A DNA stretch of 64,000 nt from Polyangiaceae bacterium. GTDB lineage: Bacteria > Myxococcota_A > Polyangia > Polyangiales > Polyangiaceae. The stretch covers positions 96,001 to 160,000 of the forward strand of contig JBILLK010000011.1 of assembly GCA_044376115.1 (NCBI GenBank), in the 5' to 3' direction. A model generated the notes under the pieces. It was given only the letters and a program-made list of their open reading frames with translations, was not told where the DNA came from and made no database searches. Positions 9,679 through 18,953 of the stretch are shown here, one piece after another (positions within the stretch are counted from its first letter, which is position 1; each line of letters starts with the position of its first letter). The translations under genes were made by a program, and so were the position numbers.

Positions 9679-10302
9679 TCAATCCTTTGCGGCCTGCTCC
9701 GCGGGTTGCTCCGAGGCGAGGCGAAGCGCGAGCTCGAGGCAGGCATCCTCGAGCGCGAGGGACAGCGCCTTGACGATCTCCTCGGCGCTCGAGTTCACGG
9801 CTGGACGCTCGACGCGTACCGTTTGGGGGCGCAGCGCGCTAGCGCCGTCTTGTAGTACGAAGCGTAGCTCGACCAACGCGTGGCGGTCGGGCCCGACGCG
9901 TACCTCCTCAAACGCCAGCACGTCCACCGCCAGCATGGGCGCGTCCCCTGTAAGTTGTTCTACGAAGATACTTCGCTCGAACAAGGCTCGAGCAAGCTCG
10001 CGATGCACGAGTACCGTTGGTTTTTCCGTCCAGCGCCGGTCCTCATAATAGCCTCCCTCCACGGCTGACGAACGAAAGTAGAGCTTCTTGTTCAAGTGCG
10101 CGCCGGCGTTGATTCGGTTCATCCGCAGCGGCCGTTCCTCACGGTTACTAGGTGCGTTCCCTGGCGGCAGTAGACGAACGCTATTCGATTGAGACGGGGT
10201 CATTGAGTAGTAATGAACAACAAGCGCAGGCTGCTTCTCGGTGAGCGCACAGCTCGAGAGCAGCAGGTACCAGAACGCGGCGCCGCGGAAGGTGGCGCTC
10301 AT
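9679..10302 (-). CDS. PqiC-like ABC-transport auxiliary lipoprotein
   Basis: Lipobox LSSC, HYY, YYEDRRWTEKP motif. Last gene of the mlaE-F-D run. Confidence 0.75.
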   Translation of the reverse strand: MSATFRGAAFWYLLLSSCALTEKQPALVVHYYSMTPSQSNSVRLLPPGNAPSNREERPLRMNRINAGAHLNKKLYFRSSAVEGGYYEDRRWTEKPTVLVHRELARALFERSIFVEQLTGDAPMLAVDVLAFEEVRVGPDRHALVELRFVLQDGASALRPQTVRVERPAVNSSAEEIVKALSLALEDACLELALRLASEQPAEQAAKD

Positions 10303-11255
10303 GGCGCTACTACCTTTTCTCGTCCTTTGAGCAGCATATCGGAGTCTCGTTCGAGTACCTCGGCGAGGTCACGGACCGCCTGTGCGGCCTCGCCCACGTC
10401 GCGCAAAGTCTCATCCAGCGCCTCTGCGCTATCCCCCACGCGGCCGAGAGAGTTGCTCGTTTTGACGACGCTCGAGACCAGGCCCTCTTTGCCGTCGAGG
10501 CGGCCTAATAGCGCACTTAGTTGCGCGACCGTTCTGTCGATGCTCGCGAGTGCGCTGGCCGTGCCCTGGGGCAGCTCGGCCTCATTGATCGATTTAGCGA
10601 ATATCCGAAAGTCCTTGAGCGCCTCTCGCGCGCCGACGACCACGGCTAGCACCTGATCTGGCAAGCCCTTGAGTCGTATCTCCTCGAGCACGACGTCGAC
10701 GGTGCGCAAGATGGATTCCGCTCGCGCCAAGAGCCCCGGTAAGTTGTCTAGCGCTTGAATCAGGTTTTCTTCCAGGCTCTTGAACAGGGAAACCGCGGCG
10801 GGGATCGAATTGGGGTCGGTCGTAAAGGGTAGGTCGGGCAGTGGATTGACCTTCACATCAAAGTAGTCAAGCAGCAGAAACTTCACTCCTGTGATCCCCT
10901 GGGAGGCCAGCTGCGCGCGTAGCTCCGTGGGAACCAAAAAGCGTGGCGCCCCGGCATGCTCGTCTTGAATGAGCCCCATGCGGCGAATTGCCTCCACGTC
11001 GAGCGCCATCTCCACGTCCACATGGCGATGGTCCGGAGCAATCACGATGCTGTTCACGGTTCCGAGCGGTACCCCGCGAAACCGTACTGGCGCACCGACC
11101 TCCAAGCCTTGCACCGATTCGTTGAAGTAGGTGTGGTAGCTCACCGTCTCCTTCTTGTTCGAGTGAGCAAAAAGAGCGGACGCAGAGAGGATGCTAACTG
11201 CGATGGTAAATAGGACGAAGAGTCCAAGTTTGAACGCGTGAGTCTTAGTGGCCAT
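10299..11255 (-). CDS. MlaD/MCE-family protein
   Basis: KLGLFV TM segment, ESVQGLEVGAPVRFRGVPLGTV, QGITG, helical C-terminus ending in LLKGR. Confidence 0.92.
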   Translation of the reverse strand: MATKTHAFKLGLFVLFTIAVSILSASALFAHSNKKETVSYHTYFNESVQGLEVGAPVRFRGVPLGTVNSIVIAPDHRHVDVEMALDVEAIRRMGLIQDEHAGAPRFLVPTELRAQLASQGITGVKFLLLDYFDVKVNPLPDLPFTTDPNSIPAAVSLFKSLEENLIQALDNLPGLLARAESILRTVDVVLEEIRLKGLPDQVLAVVVGAREALKDFRIFAKSINEAELPQGTASALASIDRTVAQLSALLGRLDGKEGLVSSVVKTSNSLGRVGDSAEALDETLRDVGEAAQAVRDLAEVLERDSDMLLKGREKVVAP

Positions 11256-11994
11256 CTTGCTCGCTCGCTTTGCGTTGAAAGAAGTTGCTGACACGCTTGT
11301 CCGCGCTCATCGCGAGCTGCTGCGGGGGCCCCTCGGCGATGAGGCTCCGGCTGGGCCCATCGAGTAGGAGGCAACGATCTGCAACGGCACAGACGGAGGC
11401 GAGCTCGTGGGATACCAAGATCACGGTAACGCCAATCACCTTGGCTAGCGTCAAGATGAGCTGGTCGAGTTCGGCCGAGGTGATGGGATCAAGCCCTGCT
11501 GACGGTTCATCCAAGAACAGTAGGCTTGGCTCGAGCGCCAAGGCGCGGGCGATGGCCGCACGCTTGCGCATGCCGCCAGAGAGAACTGCTGGGAACTTGT
11601 GGGCCTCTCCCTCGAGCCCAACGAGCCGCAGCTTGGCCAGCGCCATCACGCGTACCAGGTCCTGGGGAAGATCAGCCCATTCACTAAGTGGTAGTGCTAC
11701 GTTGTCTAACAAAGAGAGCGAGCCAAAGAGCGCCCCACCTTGAAACATCACGCCAAAGGTGGGGTGGCCCACGCCAAGGCCACGGTGCGGCGCTCCAGAC
11801 ATCAATACCTCGCCCGCCAAAGGTGGTTCCAGGCCGATGAGATGGCGCAGTAAGGTTGACTTGCCGCAACCACTCCTGCCCAAGATGGCTACGATTTCCC
11901 CTTTTGAGACCTCGAAGTTGACGTGCTCCACCAGCACGGAGCTCGGGTCGTAGCCAACGCTTAGGTCTTTCGTCTGCAAGGTCGGCGTGGTCAT
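11245..11994 (-). CDS. MlaF-like ABC ATP-binding protein
   Basis: GRSGCGKS, FQGGALF, LSGGMRKRAAIARAL, LDEPSAGLDP, SH. Confidence 0.93.
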   Translation of the reverse strand: MTTPTLQTKDLSVGYDPSSVLVEHVNFEVSKGEIVAILGRSGCGKSTLLRHLIGLEPPLAGEVLMSGAPHRGLGVGHPTFGVMFQGGALFGSLSLLDNVALPLSEWADLPQDLVRVMALAKLRLVGLEGEAHKFPAVLSGGMRKRAAIARALALEPSLLFLDEPSAGLDPITSAELDQLILTLAKVIGVTVILVSHELASVCAVADRCLLLDGPSRSLIAEGPPQQLAMSADKRVSNFFQRKASEQDGH

Positions 11995-13127
11995 AGGTTG
12001 GAGAGGCGAAAGACCACGGTTAGGGATGCATCAATGAGGACGATGACGAACAAGCCAATCACCACCGTGGAGGTCGTACGACGACCAACGCCTGCCGCGC
12101 CCCCCGAGGTAGCGAACCCTTGCTGACAAGCGATGAGTGCAATCGCTAGCGCGTAGCAGGCTGCTTTGATCAGCCCGCCAGCGATGTCCCAGGGCAGGAT
12201 AGCCGTGCGCGTCTCAGTCAAGTACGCGGTCGCGCTGATATGAAGATTGTAGCGCGCGACGGTCATCCCGCCGAGGACGCCGAAGAAGTCCGCGACGACG
12301 GTTAGTAGTGGCACTACTAGCAATAGAGCCAAGACGCGTGGGAATACGAGATAGCGCATCGGGCCGAAGCCCATGGTGCGCAGTGCATCGAGCTCCTCGG
12401 AGACTTTCATCGTCCCCAGCTCTGCAGCAATACCTGCGCCCGATCGACCACAGACGATGATTGCCGTCATCAGCGGAGCCAACTCGCGCGTCACGGCCAA
12501 GCCAACGATGTCCGCTACGAAAATGTCGGCGCCGTAGGTTTGCAGCTGACGTGCGGATTGAAAGCCCATCACGAAGCCAACGAGGAAGTTGATCAGAATG
12601 ACGATCGGCATCGCGTCCGCCCCTGCCGTGCTCGCCAAGGTCAAAACGGAACGAAGATTGCCAGTGTGCGGTCGCCTGAGCACGCTCGCGAACGCGGAGG
12701 TGGCGCTGCCAATGAAGGACACGAAGGTCTTGAGGTCGGCTAGCAACGTTTGGGTTCGCCCACCGAGCGCCTCCACTGCTCGACTTGCGCGATTACCCGC
12801 CGCGTAGGGGCGAGTACCTACCTCCACGGGAGTTCCGTCCGCGTTGCCGCCATAGAGGGTAATCAACGCATGGGCGCGTTCGCCTTTGGCGATAATGCTG
12901 CAAAGGGCTCCACTCGCCTGCAGGCGTGAGCGCCAATGAACCAACAGCGCCATGGCAGCGCCGTCAATCTCACTTGCTTGCGTCAGGTCAAGGTCGAGTT
13001 GAGCCCCGTGGTTGTTCGTCGCCAGTTCCAGCGCTGCTGCAAGTTGCTTGGCGGTGCCAAGGTGGAGCGGGCCGGTGAGCATGATGCTCCGCTCATGGCG
13101 CGATGCGGCCGGCTCGTCCGAGGTCAA
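11991..13127 (-). CDS. MlaE-family permease with an N-terminal STAS-like domain
   Basis: RELAPLMTAIIVCGRSGAGIAAELGTMKVSEELDAL, GVGRRTTSTVV. N-terminal LDLTQASEIDGAA is STAS-like. Confidence 0.92.
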   Translation of the reverse strand: MTSDEPAASRHERSIMLTGPLHLGTAKQLAAALELATNNHGAQLDLDLTQASEIDGAAMALLVHWRSRLQASGALCSIIAKGERAHALITLYGGNADGTPVEVGTRPYAAGNRASRAVEALGGRTQTLLADLKTFVSFIGSATSAFASVLRRPHTGNLRSVLTLASTAGADAMPIVILINFLVGFVMGFQSARQLQTYGADIFVADIVGLAVTRELAPLMTAIIVCGRSGAGIAAELGTMKVSEELDALRTMGFGPMRYLVFPRVLALLLVVPLLTVVADFFGVLGGMTVARYNLHISATAYLTETRTAILPWDIAGGLIKAACYALAIALIACQQGFATSGGAAGVGRRTTSTVVIGLFVIVLIDASLTVVFRLSNL

Positions 13128-13305
13128 ACGTCGGTCTGAAGCTCACGCAGCTTAGTCTTGAACACCCCTACGCATTGGCAACGTGTGCGCCACTCGCGCT
13201 TGCCGAAAACGCGCCAATTAGGGGCGAACAAATTGGCCCAACGGTCGATTTGACGAATAGGCCCCATCGATTTGATGGGCTGAACCCACGCCCCGCCGTG
13301 CTCCA

Positions 13306-13330
13306 AGGCCCCGGCGAGGCACGAGTCATT
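13306..13330. repeat. Isolated fragment of the REP-like element
   Basis: GGCACGAGTCATT at 13318-13330 is identical to the array 13-mer and is preceded by AAGGCCCCG, as in the array. It lies 5 nt after the stop of the fibro-slime gene. Confidence 0.55.
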
Positions 13331-13335
13331 GCGGC

Positions 13336-15331
13336 TTACTCCGCTACATTGATGAGACAGTCATTGCCGCAGGCATCGGCGTCGACGCTGTTGCCGTCAT
13401 CACACTCCTCGTTTCCTTCGCTCTGAACAACGCCATCGCCACATCGCTCATCGAGCACGCAGCCGGCCGCGCACTCCGCATAGCCACCGTCATTCACGCC
13501 GTCGTCGCATTGCTCCCCGAATAGACTGTTGACGTTGCCGTCCCCGCAGAACGCTCCGGTGACGCAGCCTGGAGCGCAACCATCGTAAGGGGTTACGTTT
13601 TGGCCGTCGTCGCACTGCTCGAATTCGGGTTGCAGGATCCCGTCGCCGCAACGCGGACCCCGTTTGCAGTCCGGTGTGCAGTTGCCCCACGTTCCGTCGT
13701 TCATCGCTGCACCTTGGTCGCAGGCCTCGTCGGGGGTCTTCACGCCGTCCCCGCAAACGCTTTGGCAGGTGGTCGTGGCGTTGAGGAAGTTCGACAGGGT
13801 TAGGCGATAATGCGACTCGGTGGTTTGTCGCTCAGCCTGGAACACCGCGATTTCGTAAACGTTGCCAACCTGCAGGTTCAGCTGCGCTTGGTTTGCGCCA
13901 AGATCCACGCTGGCGTCCAGCGCATCGTGAACCCCGCCAAGGTCAACAGCCAGGCGGCGGTTGATGAACACCCACACGTCGTCATCCCCGGTAAAGTCCA
14001 GAACCTCGTTGCCCTTGAACTCAAACCAGTAACGGACCTCGCTCGTGAAGTGGAAGTTCTCCGGATTGCCCTCGTTGCCCCAGCCTTGGTTGTTGATTGG
14101 GAAGAAGCTCTGGTCATCGAACTGGAATGCGCCCGAGGGAAGCTGCCCTAGCGTGAGCGTTTGCAGTATCGGTACGTTGACGCCCGGCACGTCTCGATAC
14201 CACTGGTCGAAGTTGGCTTGTCCAGTGGTGCTAACGGTGACTCCAGTGCCGTAAGGGTCGGCGTATACAGGTTTACCATCCGCGCCTAGCAATTCATCGG
14301 CGATCGCGACCTCAGTTACGATGATAAACTGTTCAAAGTCTGGATGAGCCGCTTGAAAGTCCCGGTACACCACGGGTAGCACGAGCTCGGTGGGCTCGAC
14401 CGTCGAGGGTGGACATATATAACCAGGCTCCACCTGGCAGGTGGCCGAGCAGCCATCACCAGGAGAGGTATTTCCGTCCTCACATTCCTCGGTTCCGTTA
14501 GGCAGCAAAATGCCGTCACCACACGTGGTCGTACAGGGCAATCCAGGGCTGGCCGAGCAGTCCGGCTCCGACGTGCAAAAGAGAGGCGTGCACAGGTCAC
14601 CAGAGTCGTTGTTGCCGTCGTCGCATTGCTCAGAGCCTTCGGTGATGCCATCGCCGCATACAGTCACTTCGCACGGTTGGCCAGGAACATCACACTTGTA
14701 ACCAGGCTCGAGTTGGCAGAGCTCGGAGCAGCCGTCACCCGCGGTAGGGGGCGCGTCATCATCCTCGCACTCCTCCTGTCCGGCGAGGATGCCGTCACCA
14801 CACGAAGCGGCCTCACACAACTCGCCAGGGTCGGGGCAGACCCAACCAGCCTCGATCGAACAGAGGGCCGAGCACCCATCCCCGCTGGCGTCGTTCCCGT
14901 CGTCGCAGGTCTCGGCGCCGGAGATGGTTCCGTCGCCGCAAACGATCGTCGAGAAGCAGGGCTCTCCAGGCGTGAGACAGGCGAAGCCCAACTCGACGGC
15001 GTTGCAGGTCCCCGTGCAGCCGTCTCCCGATTCGGCGTTGCCGTCGTCGCAGACCTCGGTCGCTTGTTTGATACCGTCCCCGCAATAGGGACCGGGCCCT
15101 TCTCCGCCTTGTCCGCCGCCACCAGAACTGTTGCCCCCGGTTGTAAATCCAGCTCCCTCACCACCCGCGCCGCTGCCGCCGTTCGAGCTGGCCCCGCTGC
15201 CTTCCACCACCCGTCGTTGAGCGGATTAATTCAATGTCACCACAACCAAAGGCGAGCAGCAGAGCGCTTCCCAGGAGGTGCTTCCGAAGCGAAGGAGCCA
15301 AAAATTGGAAGCGCAGAGGCATATTGGGCAT
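13336..15331 (-). pseudogene. Fibro-slime (PA14-like) protein with myxobacterial Cys-rich repeats; 5' frameshift separates the signal peptide (real lesion or sequencing error)
   Basis: Nine CGDG...E.CDDG-type repeats flank NFHFTSE, FTGDDDVWVFIN and DLGGVH. The lipoprotein signal (ALLLAFGC) is in another frame upstream. Removing one A at 15202-15203 joins the two frames. The main ORF is 13336-15210. Confidence 0.75.
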
Positions 15332-15491
15332 TGCGTCATAGTACCGAACCTTCGTGAATCGGGAAGGGGTTCGAGCTGTGAGGAGTGCGCGGCTCAGTCG
15401 CATAGTCAGATGAAATGTCGGATGGCCGCCGACCCGCATCCCGCCGACACGCGAATGTCACACGCGACGGTGCCTCGACTAGGCTCGAGCG

Positions 15492-16226
15492 GTGTTCTTC
15501 GTTCTCGACTTCGTCCGGCGCAAGCTCGCAGAGCGCGGGGCTTTCCCACAAGCATGGCGCTCCATCTTGCGCGCGCGCGTACCGTTCTATCAGTACCTCA
15601 CTGCTGACGAGAAACGACGCTTTGAGCGTAAGCTCCAAGTGTTTGCACGTACGAAGCCATTCTCCGGCGCCAACGGTATGGTGATTACGGATGAGGTCAA
15701 AGTGGTGGTGGCTGCCGCGGCGGCCCGACTCGTAATGAACCTGCCAGGTGAACACTATGGCCGATTGAATGAGATAGTTATTTATCCTTCGCACTACAAG
15801 CATAAGGACAAGCAGGGCGTCACGGTCTTGGGGGAAGCCTTTGGTCCCGGAGTAGTGGTGCTCTCATACCGCGCGGTTTTGCAGGGACTGTCGAATCCGC
15901 ATGACGGGCATGACACCGCCAGTCACGAGTTTGCGCACGCTCTCGATGCCGCCGACGGCGCCTTCGACGGCACTCCCGAACTCGAGTCGGTGGAGGCCTA
16001 TGGGCCATTCGCCTCGGTGATGACGCGGTCGTTCAATAAGTTGTCTGCCAAGGTGGGCCGGAAGCAGTCGGATTTGCTGCGTGAGTACGGCGCAACCAAT
16101 GAAGCAGAGTTCTTCGCCGTGGCCACGGAGACCTTCTTTGAGAAGCCGGAGCAGCTGCTACGACGGGAGCCAGCTCTATATGCGGTGTTAGCGGCTTATT
16201 ACCGAGCAGACCCGGCTCGGCGTTGA
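15492..16226 (+). CDS. M90 family zinc peptidase (MtfA-like)
   Basis: IVIYPS, GEA, HEFAHALD...DG.P, YGATNEAEFFAVATETFFEKP. Confidence 0.9.
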   Translation: MFFVLDFVRRKLAERGAFPQAWRSILRARVPFYQYLTADEKRRFERKLQVFARTKPFSGANGMVITDEVKVVVAAAAARLVMNLPGEHYGRLNEIVIYPSHYKHKDKQGVTVLGEAFGPGVVVLSYRAVLQGLSNPHDGHDTASHEFAHALDAADGAFDGTPELESVEAYGPFASVMTRSFNKLSAKVGRKQSDLLREYGATNEAEFFAVATETFFEKPEQLLRREPALYAVLAAYYRADPARR

Positions 16227-16975
16227 GCTGCCTCGTCGCCAGCCTCCGGAAGTTGTTTCCAACGCAGGCCGCTGCTTATGTTGCAAACGAGTTCCCGCAG
16301 GCCGGGTGAAGCGTACGCGGCTAGCTCGTGGGGCCCTCCTCGGATCTGTGCCAACGGGCCCAACATTCCAGCGGGGGCTTTGGGCCAAGGTGACGGAGCC
16401 ATGCGTGTGTAGCGATAGACTAGTAGCGCAGCATCGACGGAAGTGGCGCACAGCTTGTCGAGCCACGGAGCGAGGGTTGCCCACAGCTCAGGGGTGAGGG
16501 AAAACGGGTCGATGTGAATCAATAGCGAAGCTGGCCTAGCCGTCACCATCCCACGCAACGCGGCCACCGCATCCTCTACGACGTTGACGTGCTGCAGTTG
16601 TTCCGTGCCGAGCTGCTCGCGCAGCTCGGCACGGGTTTCCGCATTGGCTTCGCCAAGGATTGCCGAAGCGCAATGGTCTCCCAACACATCCAGAGCCAGC
16701 CCGGCAGAGCAACGATAGCGCCCTGTCCTGGCGAACGACTCGTGTTCGATATGGGTGTAGCGTTCATAGGCCGAGTGTCGGGCGTACTCCTGTAGCTCAC
16801 GTTGCCAGCGTGTCTCGTCAGCCGTCGATTGAAGAAGGAAGCTATGGGTATCAATATAGTGAGCGCGCGTGCCGCGTTGCCTAAACGAGTGGGCTAGCTC
16901 AACGAGCGCTGCGTGTTTGAGGATGTCTCCCCGGTTGCCGACGCTGCGGGCCTGAGGATTTACAGGGCGGGCCAT
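16199..16975 (-). CDS. Divergent RlmJ-like SAM-dependent methyltransferase
   Basis: VGNRGDILKH resembles RlmJ HAGNxADVxKH, YIDTHS resembles YLDTHAG, and IHIDPF resembles the DPPY/F motif. Confidence 0.55.
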   Translation of the reverse strand: MARPVNPQARSVGNRGDILKHAALVELAHSFRQRGTRAHYIDTHSFLLQSTADETRWQRELQEYARHSAYERYTHIEHESFARTGRYRCSAGLALDVLGDHCASAILGEANAETRAELREQLGTEQLQHVNVVEDAVAALRGMVTARPASLLIHIDPFSLTPELWATLAPWLDKLCATSVDAALLVYRYTRMAPSPWPKAPAGMLGPLAQIRGGPHELAAYASPGLRELVCNISSGLRWKQLPEAGDEAAQRRAGSAR

Positions 16976-17059
16976 GTTTGGTGGAGGATAGTAGTCCTAA
17001 AGCTGCGGCTATGGACTCGCATGGGTCACTCATGTGGCCCTCGCGATGAACGCCGTGCC

Positions 17060-18850
17060 TCAACTCGCGCGATCCTCGGCCAACGGTCGATCCTCCCAGT
17101 CGGTCCAGGCCACGTCGTTACGCGCGAGGAAGGCCTTTACGGCGACGCCGATCGTGGGGAAGAACGCCGAGTCGTCGAGTAGCTCCAGCTGGGCGGGCTC
17201 TCGCTTCGAGGTCGGGGCGCTGGTCGGGCGTTTCAAGCGATAACGCAGTAGTCGGTCTTTTACTGGGTCCTTCAGCTCTGCGAAGGTTAGCTCGACCTGG
17301 CGGGTCGCTAGCTCAGCCAAGAGCTCCTCGAGCATCTCGGCAGCGGTCGAGTCGATATCGGTTATCGGCTCAGCCGCGATCAAAACCGTGCGCACGTTGG
17401 TTGAAGCACTGTCAACCTCCGCGAGCACGCGGGTGCGAAATGTATCGGCGTTGGCAAAGAAGAGCGGGGCATCCCAGCGATAGAGCAATAGGCCGGGGAT
17501 CTCCTTTGCTTCGGGGTAGCGAGTCCGATCGTGATAGCCCTTTACACCTTGAGCGCGGCCGAGCACCGCATCATGCGGACGCCAGGCTCGACGCACAAAG
17601 TCCAATAGAGACACGGCCACGGTCGCCGCAATTCCCGGAATGACCCCGACCAAAGCGATTGCTGAGAAGCCAAAGAGCGCGAGCACGAGGTCGGTTCGCC
17701 TAGCCCGATAAAACAGTAGTAAGGACTGTCCGTCGAAGATTCGCAGCGCCGCCGCGATCACGACTGCCCCCAGGGTCGCGCTAGGTAGGTTCTTGATTAG
17801 TCCGGGCGCCACGACCAGCAGCAAGCTAATGAGGAGCGCTCCCACAACCCCGGTAAGCTGGGTGCGGGAGCCAGCGGACTCGGCGACGGGAGTACGCGAG
17901 GAGCTGCTGCTAATCGGAAAGCCGCCGAACATCCCGGCGGCGAAGTTTGCCGCGCCAAGCGCTACAAGCTCACGGTTCGGATCGACGCGGTAGCCGTTTC
18001 GCGCTGCGAAGGTCCGCGAGAGTACGCTGGTATCAGCAAACGCTAGCAGCGCGATCCCCACCCCGGCCACCAGCATCTGCATCAGGTCTTCCGCGCTGAC
18101 TGCCGGCAGCGCGGGCAACGGCAACCCGCGCGGGACTGCTCCGACGACGACCAGCCGCGAAGACCAGTCGAATGCGGTCACGACCAAGGTCGACAGGCCC
18201 ACCGCCAGTAGTACACCGGGCATCTTGGGAGCTAGCCGGCGCAGCCCGAGGATCAGCATTAGTGATCCAAGCCCCAATCCGAGCGCCTCCGGCTTGCTGC
18301 GGCCGGCCGCTACCCCGCGGATGAAGCCTAAGCAACCCTCCACCACGCCGCTGGCCTTTACACTAAATCCACACAGCTTGGGTAACTGTGTAATCAGTAC
18401 AGTGAGCGCAATGCCGTTGGTGTAGCCAACGCGCACAGGCTTCGAGAGCAGCTCGGTGATGAAGCCGAAGCGTGAAAGTCCCATCACGGCGCAGGTGACT
18501 CCGGTGATTAGCGCGAGACCGCTACCCAAGGTTGCTGCGCGCTCCGGACTTTCACTTCCCGCCGAGGCGACGATTGCTGCCGCGATCAGCGCTGCCAGGC
18601 CCGAATCTGGGCCGAGTACCATAACCCGCGATGGGCCAAAGAGTGCGTAGACCAAGAGCGGAATGATGGTGGCGTAAAGCCCCGTGACGGCTGGAAGGCC
18701 GGCCGCTTCGGCGTAGCCCATCCCGGCGGGTACCAAGACGGCGGAGACGACCAGCCCGGCTACGAGGTCGTCGCGTAGCCACGCCCGCTTATACCCGAGT
18801 AGCGTATGCAAACCAGGCAGATAGCGTTCAATCGCTTCTGTCGTCTTCAC
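17060..18850 (-). CDS. SulP-family anion transporter with STAS domain
   Basis: DLVAGL...P.GMGYA..AGLP...GLY, GP, NRELVALGAAN, SSSRT, APLFFANA, DIDST. Confidence 0.95.
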   Translation of the reverse strand: MKTTEAIERYLPGLHTLLGYKRAWLRDDLVAGLVVSAVLVPAGMGYAEAAGLPAVTGLYATIIPLLVYALFGPSRVMVLGPDSGLAALIAAAIVASAGSESPERAATLGSGLALITGVTCAVMGLSRFGFITELLSKPVRVGYTNGIALTVLITQLPKLCGFSVKASGVVEGCLGFIRGVAAGRSKPEALGLGLGSLMLILGLRRLAPKMPGVLLAVGLSTLVVTAFDWSSRLVVVGAVPRGLPLPALPAVSAEDLMQMLVAGVGIALLAFADTSVLSRTFAARNGYRVDPNRELVALGAANFAAGMFGGFPISSSSSRTPVAESAGSRTQLTGVVGALLISLLLVVAPGLIKNLPSATLGAVVIAAALRIFDGQSLLLFYRARRTDLVLALFGFSAIALVGVIPGIAATVAVSLLDFVRRAWRPHDAVLGRAQGVKGYHDRTRYPEAKEIPGLLLYRWDAPLFFANADTFRTRVLAEVDSASTNVRTVLIAAEPITDIDSTAAEMLEELLAELATRQVELTFAELKDPVKDRLLRYRLKRPTSAPTSKREPAQLELLDDSAFFPTIGVAVKAFLARNDVAWTDWEDRPLAEDRAS

Positions 18851-18953
18851 GGAGTTGAGCGTGCGTTGGCGAGGCTAATGATCATGCGGGCGCGTAAGTA
18901 TGCGCCCTCCCTGCGCCCGAAGATACCTCTCGCGCAGCCTGCTCTGGACTCCG

